64,000 nucleotides of DNA from assembly GCF_009914755.1 (NCBI RefSeq), contig NC_060938.1, one strand, 5' to 3'. This DNA comes from the human T2T-CHM13v2.0 reference genome, Homo sapiens. The notes under the pieces are model-generated. The model saw only the letters and a program-made list of their open reading frames with translations, did no database searches and was not told the origin of the DNA. Below are positions 27,844-57,727 of the stretch, piece after piece; positions within the stretch are counted from its first letter, which is position 1; every line of letters starts with the position of its first letter. The translations under genes were made by a program, and so were the position numbers.

Positions 27844-28132
27844 CTGTACTTTTAATTTATAATAAGTTCCTCGGTGCATTCAAATAAAGCCATGAATAAC
27901 CTAGAGTTGTTGTAGATATCATTGTCAAACAGTCAAATGTGGCTCCTAATTACTTGCTTTAGTAGGCACTTCGACAAAGTTGATTACAGACGATAAGTTG
28001 ATTATTTGTGATACCACTACATTCCATTTCCCATTGACAAGTGGCTCAACATTGCATTTGAGTTTAAGGATATGACCAAATAAACTGCTATAATAAATCC
28101 TATATCTGAAAGTCTGTTCCCTGGAACAACTC
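27844..28132 (-). pseudogene. Pseudo-exon D, phase 2 to 2 after removing a 19-nt duplication
   Basis: TTTTCCAG acceptor; SCSREQTFRYRIYYSSLFGHILKLKCNVEPLVNGKWNVVVSQIINLSKCLLKQVIRSHI*LFDNDIYNNSRLFMALFECTEELIIN*KY; donor CAG|GTTATT. Confidence 0.7.
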
Positions 28133-28199
28133 CTGGAAAACCATTTTCTGTATTAGTCAGGATTCAATGAAGAAATGGAAGCCATAGGAGTTATTTTTT

Positions 28200-30690
<2,491 letters not shown>

Positions 30691-31155
30691 ATGCAATTTG
30701 TTATCAGTCCTCAACAAGATAAAAGCTTGTCACATAATGTAAAGCAACTGTGTCACTAAACACCAGGTTTAGTTCCCTTAGCATTTTTGTAGGAAGATTT
30801 TCTCTTTCTCAATGAAGGAAGCAGAATGCTGATTTACATTCTGGAGTGAGGTCCTTATCTCACTTTATCCTAGTACTCTGAATAGCACTGGTATAGTAAG
30901 TATTTAGAGATACAGCTTTGGACTGGAGATTTGAGAGTCATCATCCTACAAAAGAAAAAAATTCCAAACCTGGACTAGGATGCAATCTTTTTGCATGATG
31001 TAATTGAAAGCTTCCTTCTAGCAAGAAATTAGGATTTCTTGTAAAATGCCTACACAAATTTCTAATAAATTAATGGGATTAAAACTTCTAAGAAACCAGT
31101 CATCCACCCACTTACTTTTCAGTTAAGAGCCCAGTGAGTGACTTACCAAATAGTC

Positions 31156-32078
<923 letters not shown>

Positions 32079-32230
32079 TGAAATCAATGTTCTGAATAGA
32101 ACAGTGAGAAAGGGAAGTCAACAGAAACTTCTCAGAACAGAATTTATTTGTATATCTAAAGACGATAATTATTTATGTTACTCTTAGTTTTCTAGAAGTT
32201 AGAGTCTATCTCTTTAGAATTGTTAAATAC

Positions 32231-32443
32231 CTCAAAGACAATGAAAGGTATAAACCCCACAGAATCTGATAAGTTGGAAAGGGATACTTAAAACAATGCA
32301 GTTTTCCATTTCTCAATAATCTTTTGGTCCATTTCAAAGTCTTTTAGACTTTCCCCCATATGCTACTATAGGCCTGCTCTTATACTATAGGCCTTGCTAT
32401 GAGATGGTAATGAAATTTCTCCATAGGCTTATAGCAAAATTAT
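32231..32443 (-). pseudogene. Pseudo-exon C, phase 1 to 2 after removing a 20-nt duplication
   Basis: TTTTTCAG acceptor; DNFAISLWRNFITIS*QAYSSIWGKV*KTLKWTKRLLRNGKLHCFKYPFPTYQILWGLYLSLSL; donor GAG|GTATTT. Confidence 0.65.
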
Positions 32444-32893
32444 CTGAAAAACTTTAACACTTGGCTTCTAACATTGGCTGCTGATTTAGGGGAGTTAAGC
32501 AGGAGTCTTGAAAGTAGGTACTTTCACTGAATTGGCATGTTTGTTATGGCATCCCATCCTTAACTAGACAAAGAACTACCTACCCTCTCCAGGGAATCAA
32601 TCCTGAGTCTTTTGCACCAGGCAGTCATTTGGGAGCTGGGGAAGAAATCCAGTGGTCTAATGCTTCTGAAATAGACTTTGAACCAACTGTCCAATTTCAG
32701 CCCCCACTTTATCCCTGCTTCTGGGGGTACCTGGTGCTGCCAATTCTTGAACCTTTGGTGGTTCTCTGGGGCAAATCTGGCTTGCTTTTGGCTATCCCCT
32801 TTGATAGATGGCAAGTCTGCTAATTCAGCTCACACTATCCTCCTGCTTTCCAGCTTCCAAAATGTTAATAATTTGATCTCCTCTACTGTTCTC

Positions 32894-33295
32894 TGAGAGA
32901 CGGATTATATAAACAGACAGTAGCCAGACCATATATGACAATAGAACTCTGACCCACAACCTCTGCAATTGGCCAGCCTGGGCAGGGCTTGGTCAATGAG
33001 TCAGCTTCCCTATATTTTGCCCCTATTTTCAACACAGGACCAACCAGAGAAAGCCAAACCATTACACAAGAAGCCCAGCCTCTAGTTAGCCCACCTGCAG
33101 TTTCCCCATGACAATGATCTCCAGTCAGAGCATACCGAAGCCTTCCCCTTTTTTCACTACAGCATAAAGTGTTTCCACTCCCTGCCTGCCTTCAAGTCTC
33201 ACCAAAGTATAGTGGTATGGTGGCGGACTCCCAACGACGGCAGCCTCTGCATAAATATCCTCTCTTCTTATCTGAGTGGTTTTCATCATTTTCCT
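32894..33295 (+). mobile_element. Old ERV LTR fragment (MER77/MER68-like)
   Basis: AGAACTCTGACCCACAACCTCTGCA and GGACCAACCAGAGAAAGCCAA motifs; AP-1 site TGAGTCA at 32997-33003. Confidence 0.5.
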
Positions 33296-33492
33296 TATCT
33301 TTTTGATTTTGAAGTTTTATGTTAAAGCACTTTTTTTAAACCATTGTTCTAGAGGGATTTTAGAAGGAGGTGGGTTGTCTGTGGTTCAATCTATCAGCTT
33401 TAACTGGAGATCTCTTTCTGTGTTCTTTCCTCTGTGACTAGATGTCAGCTGTCCATCCTCTACCCTCCACCTCCAGCAGGCCCAGAAGTCAC

Positions 33493-33608
33493 CTTTGTAT
33501 TTTCCTCTTGCAAACCTGGATGCAAAATCCAATATGTATTCAAATTCCTCCAAAGAATCCGCTGGATCAAAAGGATTAGAGAATGACATAGACTTTGCTG
33601 AACCTTAC
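33493..33608 (-). pseudogene. Pseudo-exon B, 116 nt, phase 2 to 1
   Basis: Branch-like CCTAAC, pyrimidine tract and CAG acceptor; *GSAKSMSFSNPFDPADSLEEFEYILDFASRFARGKYK; donor AAG|GTGACT. Confidence 0.7.
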
Positions 33609-34015
33609 CTGTGGAAGATAGAAGATGAAGTTAGGTAACATTCACAAACCCCGTAGCAACTTAAATTCAACTCCCCAAACATCTTAAACATTTCTTTCTC
33701 CCCTAAAGTCTCTCCTCTGTAGATATCTTCTTTGCAATAATTTTGGAGCCTTGCTGATTCCCTTCTCAATCTTTGATTGACTCACTGAGCTTTCTAATTC
33801 CTTATCCTTTTACCCTACAAAGCAATTCAGCTCGGCACCTCATTTTGCCCCAAACACACCACTTATTGCAGAAACAAAGTTCTCTAAACCACCAAAAACC
33901 CTTCTCATTTGCTAACAAACATTCTTTCTTGTGTTTCCAAGTAGCTCCAGAGCTTCTTGAGTGCACAGACAATAGCTATATATTTTATAGTCTGTATAGT
34001 ACCTAATAATATTAC

Positions 34016-34866
<851 letters not shown>

Positions 34867-34867
34867 A

Positions 34868-36314
<1,447 letters not shown>

Positions 36315-36444
36315 GTTCCTCGTGAATTTTCTGCACATGATGTCCCATGAATCCCTAGCCCAGTGCTTGACATTAAGTTGTCCTTGGAATGAATAAACAA
36401 ATGAATAAAGTATTTTAGATAGTTCACACAATAACCTTTTTTAA

Positions 36445-39470
<3,026 letters not shown>

Positions 39471-39604
39471 CTTTATCCTTTGTTTTTTAAGTGTTTCAAG
39501 ATGGAGCAGATAAAAATTCAGGGAGTTAATCCTCTATAATAGCTGGAAATTTCCCCCATGGGTACTCATTCAATGGAATTTAAAACATTTGCCCCTGTAT
39601 TGAA

Positions 39605-39860
39605 GGCAATATAGTATAAAGGATGGGGCCACATGCTCTGCAATCAGAAATATGAGGTTTGATTCCTAACTCCGGTGCTTACTTGCTGAATTACCTTGAG
39701 GAAGTTATTTAACCTTTTTCTATTTTATGTAAAACGGCACTAATAATAGTACTGCCTCACAGGGTTGTTATGGGGATTAAAGGAGAAAAAATAAGTAAAA
39801 TGCTTTGCAAAGTTCCTAGCAACAGGTGAGCACAAAGTCAACAAATGGTAGCTATTATTA
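39605..39860 (+). mobile_element. MIR
   Basis: TTACTTGCTGAATTACCTTGAGGAAGTTATTTAACCT...CCTCACAGGGTTGTTATGGGGATTAAA. Confidence 0.8.
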
Positions 39861-40026
39861 TACCTTATATTGGTTATTTATGCACATCTCATTTCTCCTT
39901 CTGTTTTACACATTCCATGAGAAAGGAAAAGCATGCATGTAGCACAGATTAACTGCCTCACATATAATTGCTAATAAAGACTGATTGGATGAACGATTTA
40001 ATATATAAACAAAAAGTATTGTGGTT

Positions 40027-40176
40027 ATCGCTATAAAAGATGGCATAGGTTGGGCATTCACGCCTGTAATCCCAGCACTTTGGGAGGCCGAGTTGTGAGG
40101 TTCGCTTGAGCCCAGGAGTTCGAGACCAGCCTAGGCAATGTAGGGAGACAGTATCTACAAAAAAAAAAAAAAAAAG
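40027..40176 (+). mobile_element. FLAM-like Alu monomer upstream of the EXD2 promoter
   Basis: Left-monomer consensus with B box GTTCGAGAC and A tail. Confidence 0.85.
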
Positions 40177-40509
40177 GAGGGTACATAAAATTATTATAGT
40201 GGCTATAGGATAATGTGCACTGCTAATGAAGACTACATTATTTAAATACAGTGTCTTTCCTTCTATTTACTGTTATCGTTTAGCAGAAAAACAGTACGCA
40301 GGATACTAAAGAAGGAAAATTCGATGTCCCATATTACATTTGTGAGAGTTCTGGAGGTTTCTCCCTTCAAAGCCAAAACCAAAACACAAACATACCATCC
40401 CAGTAACAAATGCGTCACTTTTCTGAAGAAGACGTTAAGCCCTTCCAATTTTAACAGATCCTTTGTTCAACAGAGGAGAGAGACTGGGTAGGCATCACCT
40501 GCCCCAGTA

Positions 40510-41210
40510 GCTTCCGTACAAAATGGCGTTGCCCGTTCCCACACGCCAGCTGGGATTACGTCCTCCAGGCCTGTCGCAGGAACGGAAGTGGTTACGGCCC
40601 TAGTGAATCCGGGTGGGTGCGCGCAGGCGGCCGCACAGGTTCCAGGTCTTTAACGTGAGCCCGCTGCAGGTGTGCGGCCCAGTCCGAGACAGCAGGTAAG
40701 TGAGGCTCAGAAGCCGGCGAAGCCTTGCACCAGGATTGTGCGCGGGGCAGGGGGTGCTTCCAGTGCAGACTAAGAGGGGTCGTGGAGCGGGGGGATATTA
40801 CCGTGTACGGGGGTGACATTGCGGGGACCCCGCTGTCCCGGAGCGAGTTGGCCCTGCCCCTCTCCCCGCCCCTCGGCGTGACCCCCTCGCCCCCGTCGCA
40901 CACGGCGGGGCGGTTCAGCACCCAGGTGCGCAAGGAGGGCCTCACCCCTGCCCGCGGCCTCCCACGCCCTCCTTGGGCCTCTCCTTTCGACCCCCTTACC
41001 CTCTCCCTGGGAGACTCTACCAGACCTTCGAGGCTGCGTGTCCCAGTCAGCTAAAAAGGAGGCCCCGCCCGCGGCACCTGGTAGCTCCTCGGGCGCTGCG
41101 GGTTCGACGCGGCAACAGCAGCTGTTTTCTCTCCTGGATTCGTGTGAGCCGCCACCCTCGCTACCATCCCTGTCCTCCCAGACCACACCCTGCTCTGGGC
41201 CTTGCCGGGA
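40510..41210. promoter_or_regulatory. EXD2 CpG-island promoter with YY1, ETS/GABP and NRF1-like motifs
   Basis: CpG-rich; CAAAATGGCG (YY1-type) at 40519-40528, GGAACGGAAGTG (tandem ETS) at 40579-40590, TGCGCGCAGGCG (NRF1-like) at 40618-40629. Confidence 0.85.
40590..40695 (+). other. EXD2: EXD2 non-coding exon 1 (TSS approximate)
   Basis: Consensus donor CAG|GTAAGT at 40695/40696 within the CpG island upstream of the EXD2 coding exon. Confidence 0.8.
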
Positions 41211-42139
41211 GCCACCTCTTTGGCTTTTCACATCCCTGGGATGGATCAAAACTAAGAACCTTAATCATTATTTATTACAAAATTGACATCTGCTCCTTAA
41301 AATACAAACAAACCAATCCCCCGATAAGCTTTTGATATGATTCCAACATTCAAACTCCTTTATATACCCTCTCCTCAAAAACACAAAATTGAAATTATAC
41401 TTTATTTTCTTAGTTCTGTTCCAAGGATAGAAGGAATTGAAAGGTTTTGTTAATCATAGGAATTAGGAAGTGCGGGTTGGGGCGCAGCGGGGAAGATGGA
41501 TTAAATTTGGTCAAGTTGAGCTTGTTTTAAAAATGTATTTTTAAAATATTCTAGTTATAGTCCGTGCATAAAGCCTTGTAACAAAATTATGTAAAAATTT
41601 TAAACACATCTTTCTTAGCTTGATGTTCTTGGTGGTGAGGGTGGGGAGTGTGGAAGACAGATCCTCTTTGATTTTGTTTTTTTCCATCTCCACCTTCTTT
41701 ACCAGTCCCTTTCCCACAAAATAAGAACTGTTGTCAGTTTGTGTGTATTTTTCTTTGCATTTATTTGACAAGTATGTGTACGTATAAGATATATGTTTGT
41801 AAGATTTCGCTTTAAACTTTTACAAATATGCATGTTTTATGCATTACACAACTTGACGTTTTATGCTTAAAAACGGGTCTTGGAATTTTTTCTTTGTCAG
41901 TACCTAGAGATCTACCTATTCTTTCTACTTGCTCTGTAAATTCCATGGTTATGTAAGATTCCATAGATTGTTTCCAGTTTTTCATTGTTAGACACAGTAT
42001 GGCGGAGAACATCCTTCCCACACACCTCTGTGAGAGCCCATGTAAGAGCATTTCTCAAGGATGGGTACCTGCAGGTGGAATTGCTGGGTGGGAGAGTATG
42101 GGGATTTAGGAATGCCAAACTGCCACCCACGGTGGATAA

Positions 42140-43750
<1,611 letters not shown>

Positions 43751-44040
43751 CATGTGCTCATTTATCATACAGGATCTGTTTCTAGACTGTCTTCTGTTCT
43801 ATGGCATACTTTTCTATTTTGCTGGACCAATACCACAACATCCTATATTAAACTATATGTTATATGTTGACATTAATAGGGTAAATACTCCATCATGATT
43901 ATTATTTTATTGGAAGTCATATACTATATCAGCTCATGTACTCTCATTTAAAAAACAATATTTTTGGTTATTATTAGTTTCTTTTCCAGATTAATTTTAC
44001 AGTCAACTTGTCAATTATTTTTTTCTTTTAAGAGATGGGA

Positions 44041-44608
<568 letters not shown>

Positions 44609-44984
44609 TAATGGCTTTATTGAGAAGTAATTCACACACCATACAATTCTTCAAAGTGTACAATTTAATGATTTTAGTATATTCATAGAGTCGTGCAAAC
44701 ATCACCATAGTCTAATTTTAGAACATTTTTATCACCCCAAAAAGAAACCCATACCAATTAGAAGTCAGTCCCTATCCCTGACTCCCCTGAGACCCCAGCC
44801 CTAGGCAACCACTAATATTTCTGTCTTTCGAGATCTGGGTGTTTTGTGTAAAAGGAATCATACAATGTGTAGTCTTTTGTGACTGACTGCTTTAACTTAG
44901 GATAATGTACTGAAGATTCTTCCATGCTATAGCATGTTTCAGTACTTCATTCTTTTTATTACTGAATGAAATTTCATCCTGTGG

Positions 44985-45471
44985 TATATTTGTTTTGTAG
45001 GGCTGTGGTCAAAGTAACACAAACTGCTGACTTAAAACAACAGAGGTTTATTCTCTCGCAGTTAAGGAAGCTAGAAGTTCAAAATTAAGGTGTCAGCAGG
45101 GTTGTGCTCTTCCTGAAGGCTCTAGGGGAGAATCCTACCTTGCCTCTTCTAGTTCCTGGTGGTTGTTGGCAATCCATGGCATTTCTTGGTTTGCAGTTGC
45201 ACAACTTCAGTTTCTGCCTCCGTCTTCAAATGGTCACCTTCCCTGTGTGTCTGTCTGCACATTGGATTCGCTCAGCGTAAGCCTGTTTCTTCTCCTCCTC
45301 CTGTAAGGACACAAGTCATAGTTGATTAAGGGCGCACCCTACTTCAGTATGACCTCATGTTAACTTGATTACATCTGCGAAGACCCTATTTTCAAATAAG
45401 GTCACATTCACAGGTCCTGGGGGTTAGACCTTCAACATATCTTTTTGGGGAATACGATTCAACTCATAACA
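44985..45471 (-). mobile_element. MLT1B/C-like solo LTR inserted in L1MB-like sequence (44600-46500)
   Basis: GACTTAAAACAACAGA...GAAGGCTCTAGGGGAGAATCC...ATTCAACTCATAACA; TSD TGTGG/TATGG. Confidence 0.85.
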
Positions 45472-46519
45472 TATGGATATGCTACATTTTATTTATCTGT
45501 TCATCAACTAATTGACATTTGAGTTGTTTCCACTTTTGGGCTATTATGAATAGCTATGAACTTTAGTACGGACATGTGTTTTCATTTCCCTTGGGTATAT
45601 ACCTGCCAGTGGCATTGCTAGGTTATATAACTGCCAGACTGTGTTCCAGAGCAGCTGTACCATTTGACATTCCCACCAACAATGCATGAGATTTCTAATT
45701 TCTCCACATTATTGCCAGCACTTTTTTTTTTTTTTTGAGAGACAGGGTCTTACTCTGTTGACCAGGCTGGAGTGCAGTGGAGTGATCAAAGCTTACTGCA
45801 GCCTCAAACTCCTGAACTCAAGCAATCCTCCTGCCTCAGCCTCCCAAGTAGCTAAGTCTATAGGCACACTACCACTCCTGGCCAATTAATTTTTTTTTTT
45901 TTTGAGGCAGGGTCTCACTATGTTGCCCAGGCTAGTCTCAAATTCCTGGCGTCAAGTGATCCTCCCACCTTGGATCAGAGTGCTGGAATTACAGGTGTGC
46001 ACCACCATACTTGGCCTTATTTGTTTTTTTGAATAGAACCATCCTACTTGGTGTAAAGTGGTATCTGATTGTGGTTTGGATTTGCATTTCCCTAACAGCT
46101 CATGATATTGAACATCTTTTCAAGTGCTTATTGGCCATTTGTATACCCTCTATCAGGAAATGTCTATTCAGTTAGCTGGACTTGTCTGTTCAGTTAGCAC
46201 ACTTGTAGTCAAGAGGCTGAGGCAGAAGGATCACTTGAGCCCAGGAGTTTGAGGCTGTCGTGAGCTGTGATTGCATCACTGCACTGCAGCCTGGGCAACA
46301 GAGCCAGATCTCGTCTCTAAAAAATATATTAAAAAATAAAGAACAGAAATACCTATTCAGATTCTTAGCCAGTTTTTAAATTGGTCTGTCTTTTTATTAT
46401 TTGGTGGTAAGAGATTTTTGTGTATTCTAGATACACACCCTTCCCAAATATATGATTTGTAAATATTTTTTCCCATTCTGTGGGTTGTCTTTTCGCTGTC
46501 TCGATGGTCGATTCATTCT

Positions 46520-46845
46520 TTTTTTTTTATAATTTCAACTTTTATTTTAAATTCAGGGTGGTACATGTGCAGGTTTGTTACATGGGTAACATGTTATGCT
46601 GGAGTTTGGGGTATGGATGAGTCCTTCACTCAGGTATTGGGTATAGGTCGTTTTTCAGCCTGCGGCCCCCTTCCCTGTCTTCCCCTCCCCTCTGGTAGTC
46701 CCCAGTGTCTGTTGTTCCCGTCTTTATGTCCATGTGTACTGGGTGTTTAGCTGCACTTACAAGTGAGAACACGCAGTATTTGGTTTTCTGTTCCTGCATT
46801 AATTCACTCAGGTCGTGGCCTCCAGCTGATCCATGTTGCTGCATC
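46520..46845 (-). mobile_element. L1PA/PB-type 3' end
   Basis: GGTACATGTGCAGGTTTGTTACATGGGTAA...AAGTGAGAACACGCAGTATTTGGTTTTCTGTTCCTGC. Confidence 0.85.
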
Positions 46846-47788
46846 CATTTTTCTCATCTGCACACAGTCAATTCATTCTTTAAAAAGTTTTTTAAAATGA
46901 AGTTTGTATTGAATTTACATATTATTTTGAGTATTTCTATAAAACAATCTTTTCTTCTTATCAAAAATAGGATAATTATAGTACCTCCCACATAGGGTTA
47001 TTGAAAGGTTTAAATGAATACTTTAATATGAGTATATATGTACATGTAAAGTGCCTGGCACATGATTGGTCCTGTTTGACAGCTGCTATCATACATCTCC
47101 ACTCTTCTGGTCTTCTTCTAGATCTTCACTAAAGTTTTCTGTTCCTCTTTGTATTGATCTGACACATTTCTTGTTGAATTCTTTCCTAGACTTGTGTATG
47201 TGATTATGTGGTTTTTTTATGTAGTTTTAAAATAGTATACAGGTATATTGCTATTATGAATGAGATTTCTTTTTTCACATTTTTATAATAGGTTTGGAAA
47301 GCTATTGATTTTATACTCATCAGACTTTCTGAATTACCATATAATTTCTAAAAGTTGGTTGATGACTTTGTTGTTTTTCCAGGTGGTTGTGATGCAGTCA
47401 TTCTGTTCAGGAGCTGTGGTTCTTTTTCATTCTACATTCCTCTGCCATAATTCGAGTATTCTTTGCCTCTCCGCTCTGCTTTATGAGCTTCTAACAGGTC
47501 TCTCTGCCTACGGTCTTGCTCTCCTCCAGGCTAGCACCCACATTAGTACCATGGTGGTCTCATCCTGTCACTCTCCTTATAAGTCTGTTATTTGCTCTCC
47601 AGTGTCCTGTAGGATAATGATGGCCCCTCATGACTTGTCCTGTATCTACTCATTCCAGCATCATCTCTATTTCCTTACTTGCACATTATATTTTAGCACA
47701 GTAGTGTCCATTAGAAGTAGAATGTGAGCCCCAATTTAAAATTTTCTAGTAGCCACATTAAAGATATAAAAAGAAACAAGGTGAACTG

Positions 47789-49271
<1,483 letters not shown>

Positions 49272-49500
49272 TATTGAACCCAGTATATTCCAAGCATTAT
49301 TTCAACATAAATATTAAAAAATCAATATGGAATTCATAGTGATAGAAGGTATAATAGGGCTTATCAGGGGTTAGAAGAGAATGGGAATTCTTGTTGAATT
49401 ACAGTTTCTATTTGCAAGGATGAAGTTGTTCTGGAAATGGGTGATGGTGATGGTTGCACAGCAGTGTGAATGTACTTATTGTCATTGAATTGTACACTTA

Positions 49501-51492
<1,992 letters not shown>

Positions 51493-51869
51493 ACAATATC
51501 CCCACTCTTTCCTCAAGTCCAAGCCATTCATGTACTTGTGTGTGCTTCACTTGTTGGTGTTATCTCACTCTTTGCAACTTGTTCATTACGTGTATTTTTC
51601 CTTGGCTAAATCATGAATTTTTCGAAGGCAGATTGTGCCTTTCGACTCTTTTTACCCGGGGTCTATCAGTGTCTGACTTATATAATGTGTTGTGTAAAAA
51701 GTTTGCTGAATGAATCCCTTGGCTGGAAAAGAAAAAAAAATGCAGTTTACAAAACCTCTTCAAATAAAAATGAATTAATAAAAGCGTATGTTAGGAGATG
51801 TTATTTTCTCTGAAAACAAATATTCAGTTTTTTATGTAAAATTATGTTTGAGAGGGAAGCATAATCAAG

Positions 51870-52855
51870 ATGCAGATTGGCCTCAATAGATGAAACATTT
51901 GGCTGAAACAGACAAGATGAAATTTAGAAGAAGGATTTTTGATTTAAGTACAAAATATAAATTACAAATATATAAAATGAAGAACTTGATTTGGCATCAG
52001 TGAATTTTAATTTACTACAAGCTTTATATGACCCAACAATGAGATTCTGTTACTTAAAAATGTATCATTTCATACAGCATTAATATAGGATCCAGCTGCT
52101 GGGAAGTAATAGTATCACTGTAGCCTGCATCAGTTAGACCGTGTCTCAAGTTTGTTTGTTTGTTTGTTTGAGGCAGGGTCTCACTCCTGTTGCCTAGGCT
52201 GGACAGCAGTGGTGTGATCACAGCTCACTTCAGTCTTGACTTCCCAGGCTCAGGTGATTCTCCCATCTCAGCCTCCTCAGTAGCTGGGGCTATAGGTGCA
52301 TGCCACCATGCCTGGCTGGCTAGTTTTTTGTAATTTTTTTTTTTTTTTTAAGTAGAGATGGGATTTCACCATGTTGCCCTAGGTAGTCTTGAACTCCTGG
52401 GCTCAAGCAGTCCGCCTACCTCAGCCTCCCAAAGTGCTGGGATTACAGGCCTGAGCCATCATGCCTGGCTTCAAGTATTGCGTATAGACCTGAATGCCAC
52501 ATTTGAAGAGATACATTAACAAACTTGGGTCTGTGCAGAAGGCCTTGGCCAGGAGAGTCTATAAACCAGGTCACAGGAAGACTATAAGGGGAGTCTCAGA
52601 GCTCTCTTCACCTATTTAACAGGCTTTAAGGAGGGAGTAAACACTTGTCATTGCAGAGGCTGTCAAAGAGGGCAATTTGTAAGCAGGAAACTTTTATAGA
52701 ACGCAAGGACTTTCAACAAAAACTGCCTCTGAAGGTGATGAACTCGGTTACTGGAAGTATTCAGTCAGAGACTAGGTCATGATCTGTTGGGATTATCATG
52801 GAAAGGATTCTTGAATTGGGTGGGAGCTGAACTTGACTCCAAAATTTTAACTCTG
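51870..52855 (+). mobile_element. CR1/L3 LINE 3' remnant split by AluJ (52150-52470)
   Basis: CCACATTTGAAGAGATACATTAACAAACTTGG...TTACTGGAAGTATTCAG...AAAGGATTCTTGAATTGGGTGGGAG resemble the L3 RT end and 3'UTR. Confidence 0.6.
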
Positions 52856-52899
52856 ATTTTTTGATTTCCTTTAATAGAAGTTCTGTGGTTTTGTAGTAA

Positions 52900-53170
52900 T
52901 AGCTAACATTTATAGAATCCTAATGTTCTAGCCAATATACTAGGTGAATTTTATTTATCATTTTACTTAAGCCTCACAGTAATCCTACATAATGGTATTC
53001 CTATTTCACAGATGAGGAGACTGTCCTTCCTGTTTCGCAGATGAGGAAACTGAGGCTTAGAGAAGTTTGGCAAATTGGCTAAGTTCCTACAGCTAGTGAG
53101 TAACAGAGGCTGGATTTAAGCCTACGCTATTTGATGTTAGGTCTTGTGTTGTCTACCATATACTGCATTT
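52900..53170 (-). mobile_element. MIR hosting EXD2 exon 2
   Basis: ATAGCTAACATTTAT...CAGATGAGGAAACTGAGGCTTAGAGAAGTT...ACAGCTAGTGAGTAACAGAG. Confidence 0.85.
53012..53095 (+). other. EXD2: EXD2 5'UTR exon 2 (84 nt), exonised MIR; alternative acceptor at 53041
   Basis: TTTCACAG|ATG acceptor and CTA|GTGAGT donor, inside the MIR core (CAGATGAGGAAACTGAGGCT). The length agrees with my recollection of the EXD2 leader. Confidence 0.7.
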
Positions 53171-53383
53171 CAAACACTTTATACATAATCATTTAACTCA
53201 TTAAAGTGTGATTTATTCCAAGAATATGATTCTGTGTTTTGTCAAGTGGGATTGCCTATCTCTAAAGAGCACCAGTTTAAAAAGAGTGTATTTTTCTAAT
53301 TACAAATATGTACGTATTCGTATAAAATTTGAAAAATAAAAATTGTTAATAATCCTACTATCATTAGGTAGCCGTTGATATTT

Positions 53384-56590
<3,207 letters not shown>

Positions 56591-56976
56591 TTTAAAGTTA
56601 TTGATGAAACTTTTAAATAGTAATAAAAACCATACACATTCAGTGGGAAACCTTCAGCCATAGAGAAGTATAGGCAGGGTGCAGCTGATTGCTCTGTCTT
56701 TGGGCAATTTAGCTTTTAGACCAGAGGCCACAGATGGGTAGCCTGGTGTGTGCCTAGGGTGTTTTTGTTTGGCTGGCGCAATATTTTTTAAAACTGTAAG
56801 TTTATTGCCAGCATTTAAAAATGGTGACATTTCATGTAAAATTCAGATACCTGACTTATCTTAAACAAGCAAAGTATTTGACCACACTGGGCCTTCTTCC
56901 TGCACAGGATCATCAGCTTGTGCCGAATGGTTGCTGCTCCATGTTTTCTCCCTGGCCCTGAGACCAAAGGCCATTT

Positions 56977-57727
<751 letters not shown>

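Noticed and set aside
31110-31150. Two strong minus-strand donors (GTAAGT at 31115 and 31146)
   Set aside because: No acceptor or frame could be attached (Alus lie upstream), and the chain from exon C to exon D is already in phase without them.
40592-41335. ORFs of 80-160 aa in the EXD2 CpG island
   Set aside because: GC-rich artefacts spanning exon 1 and intron 1; no recognisable protein.
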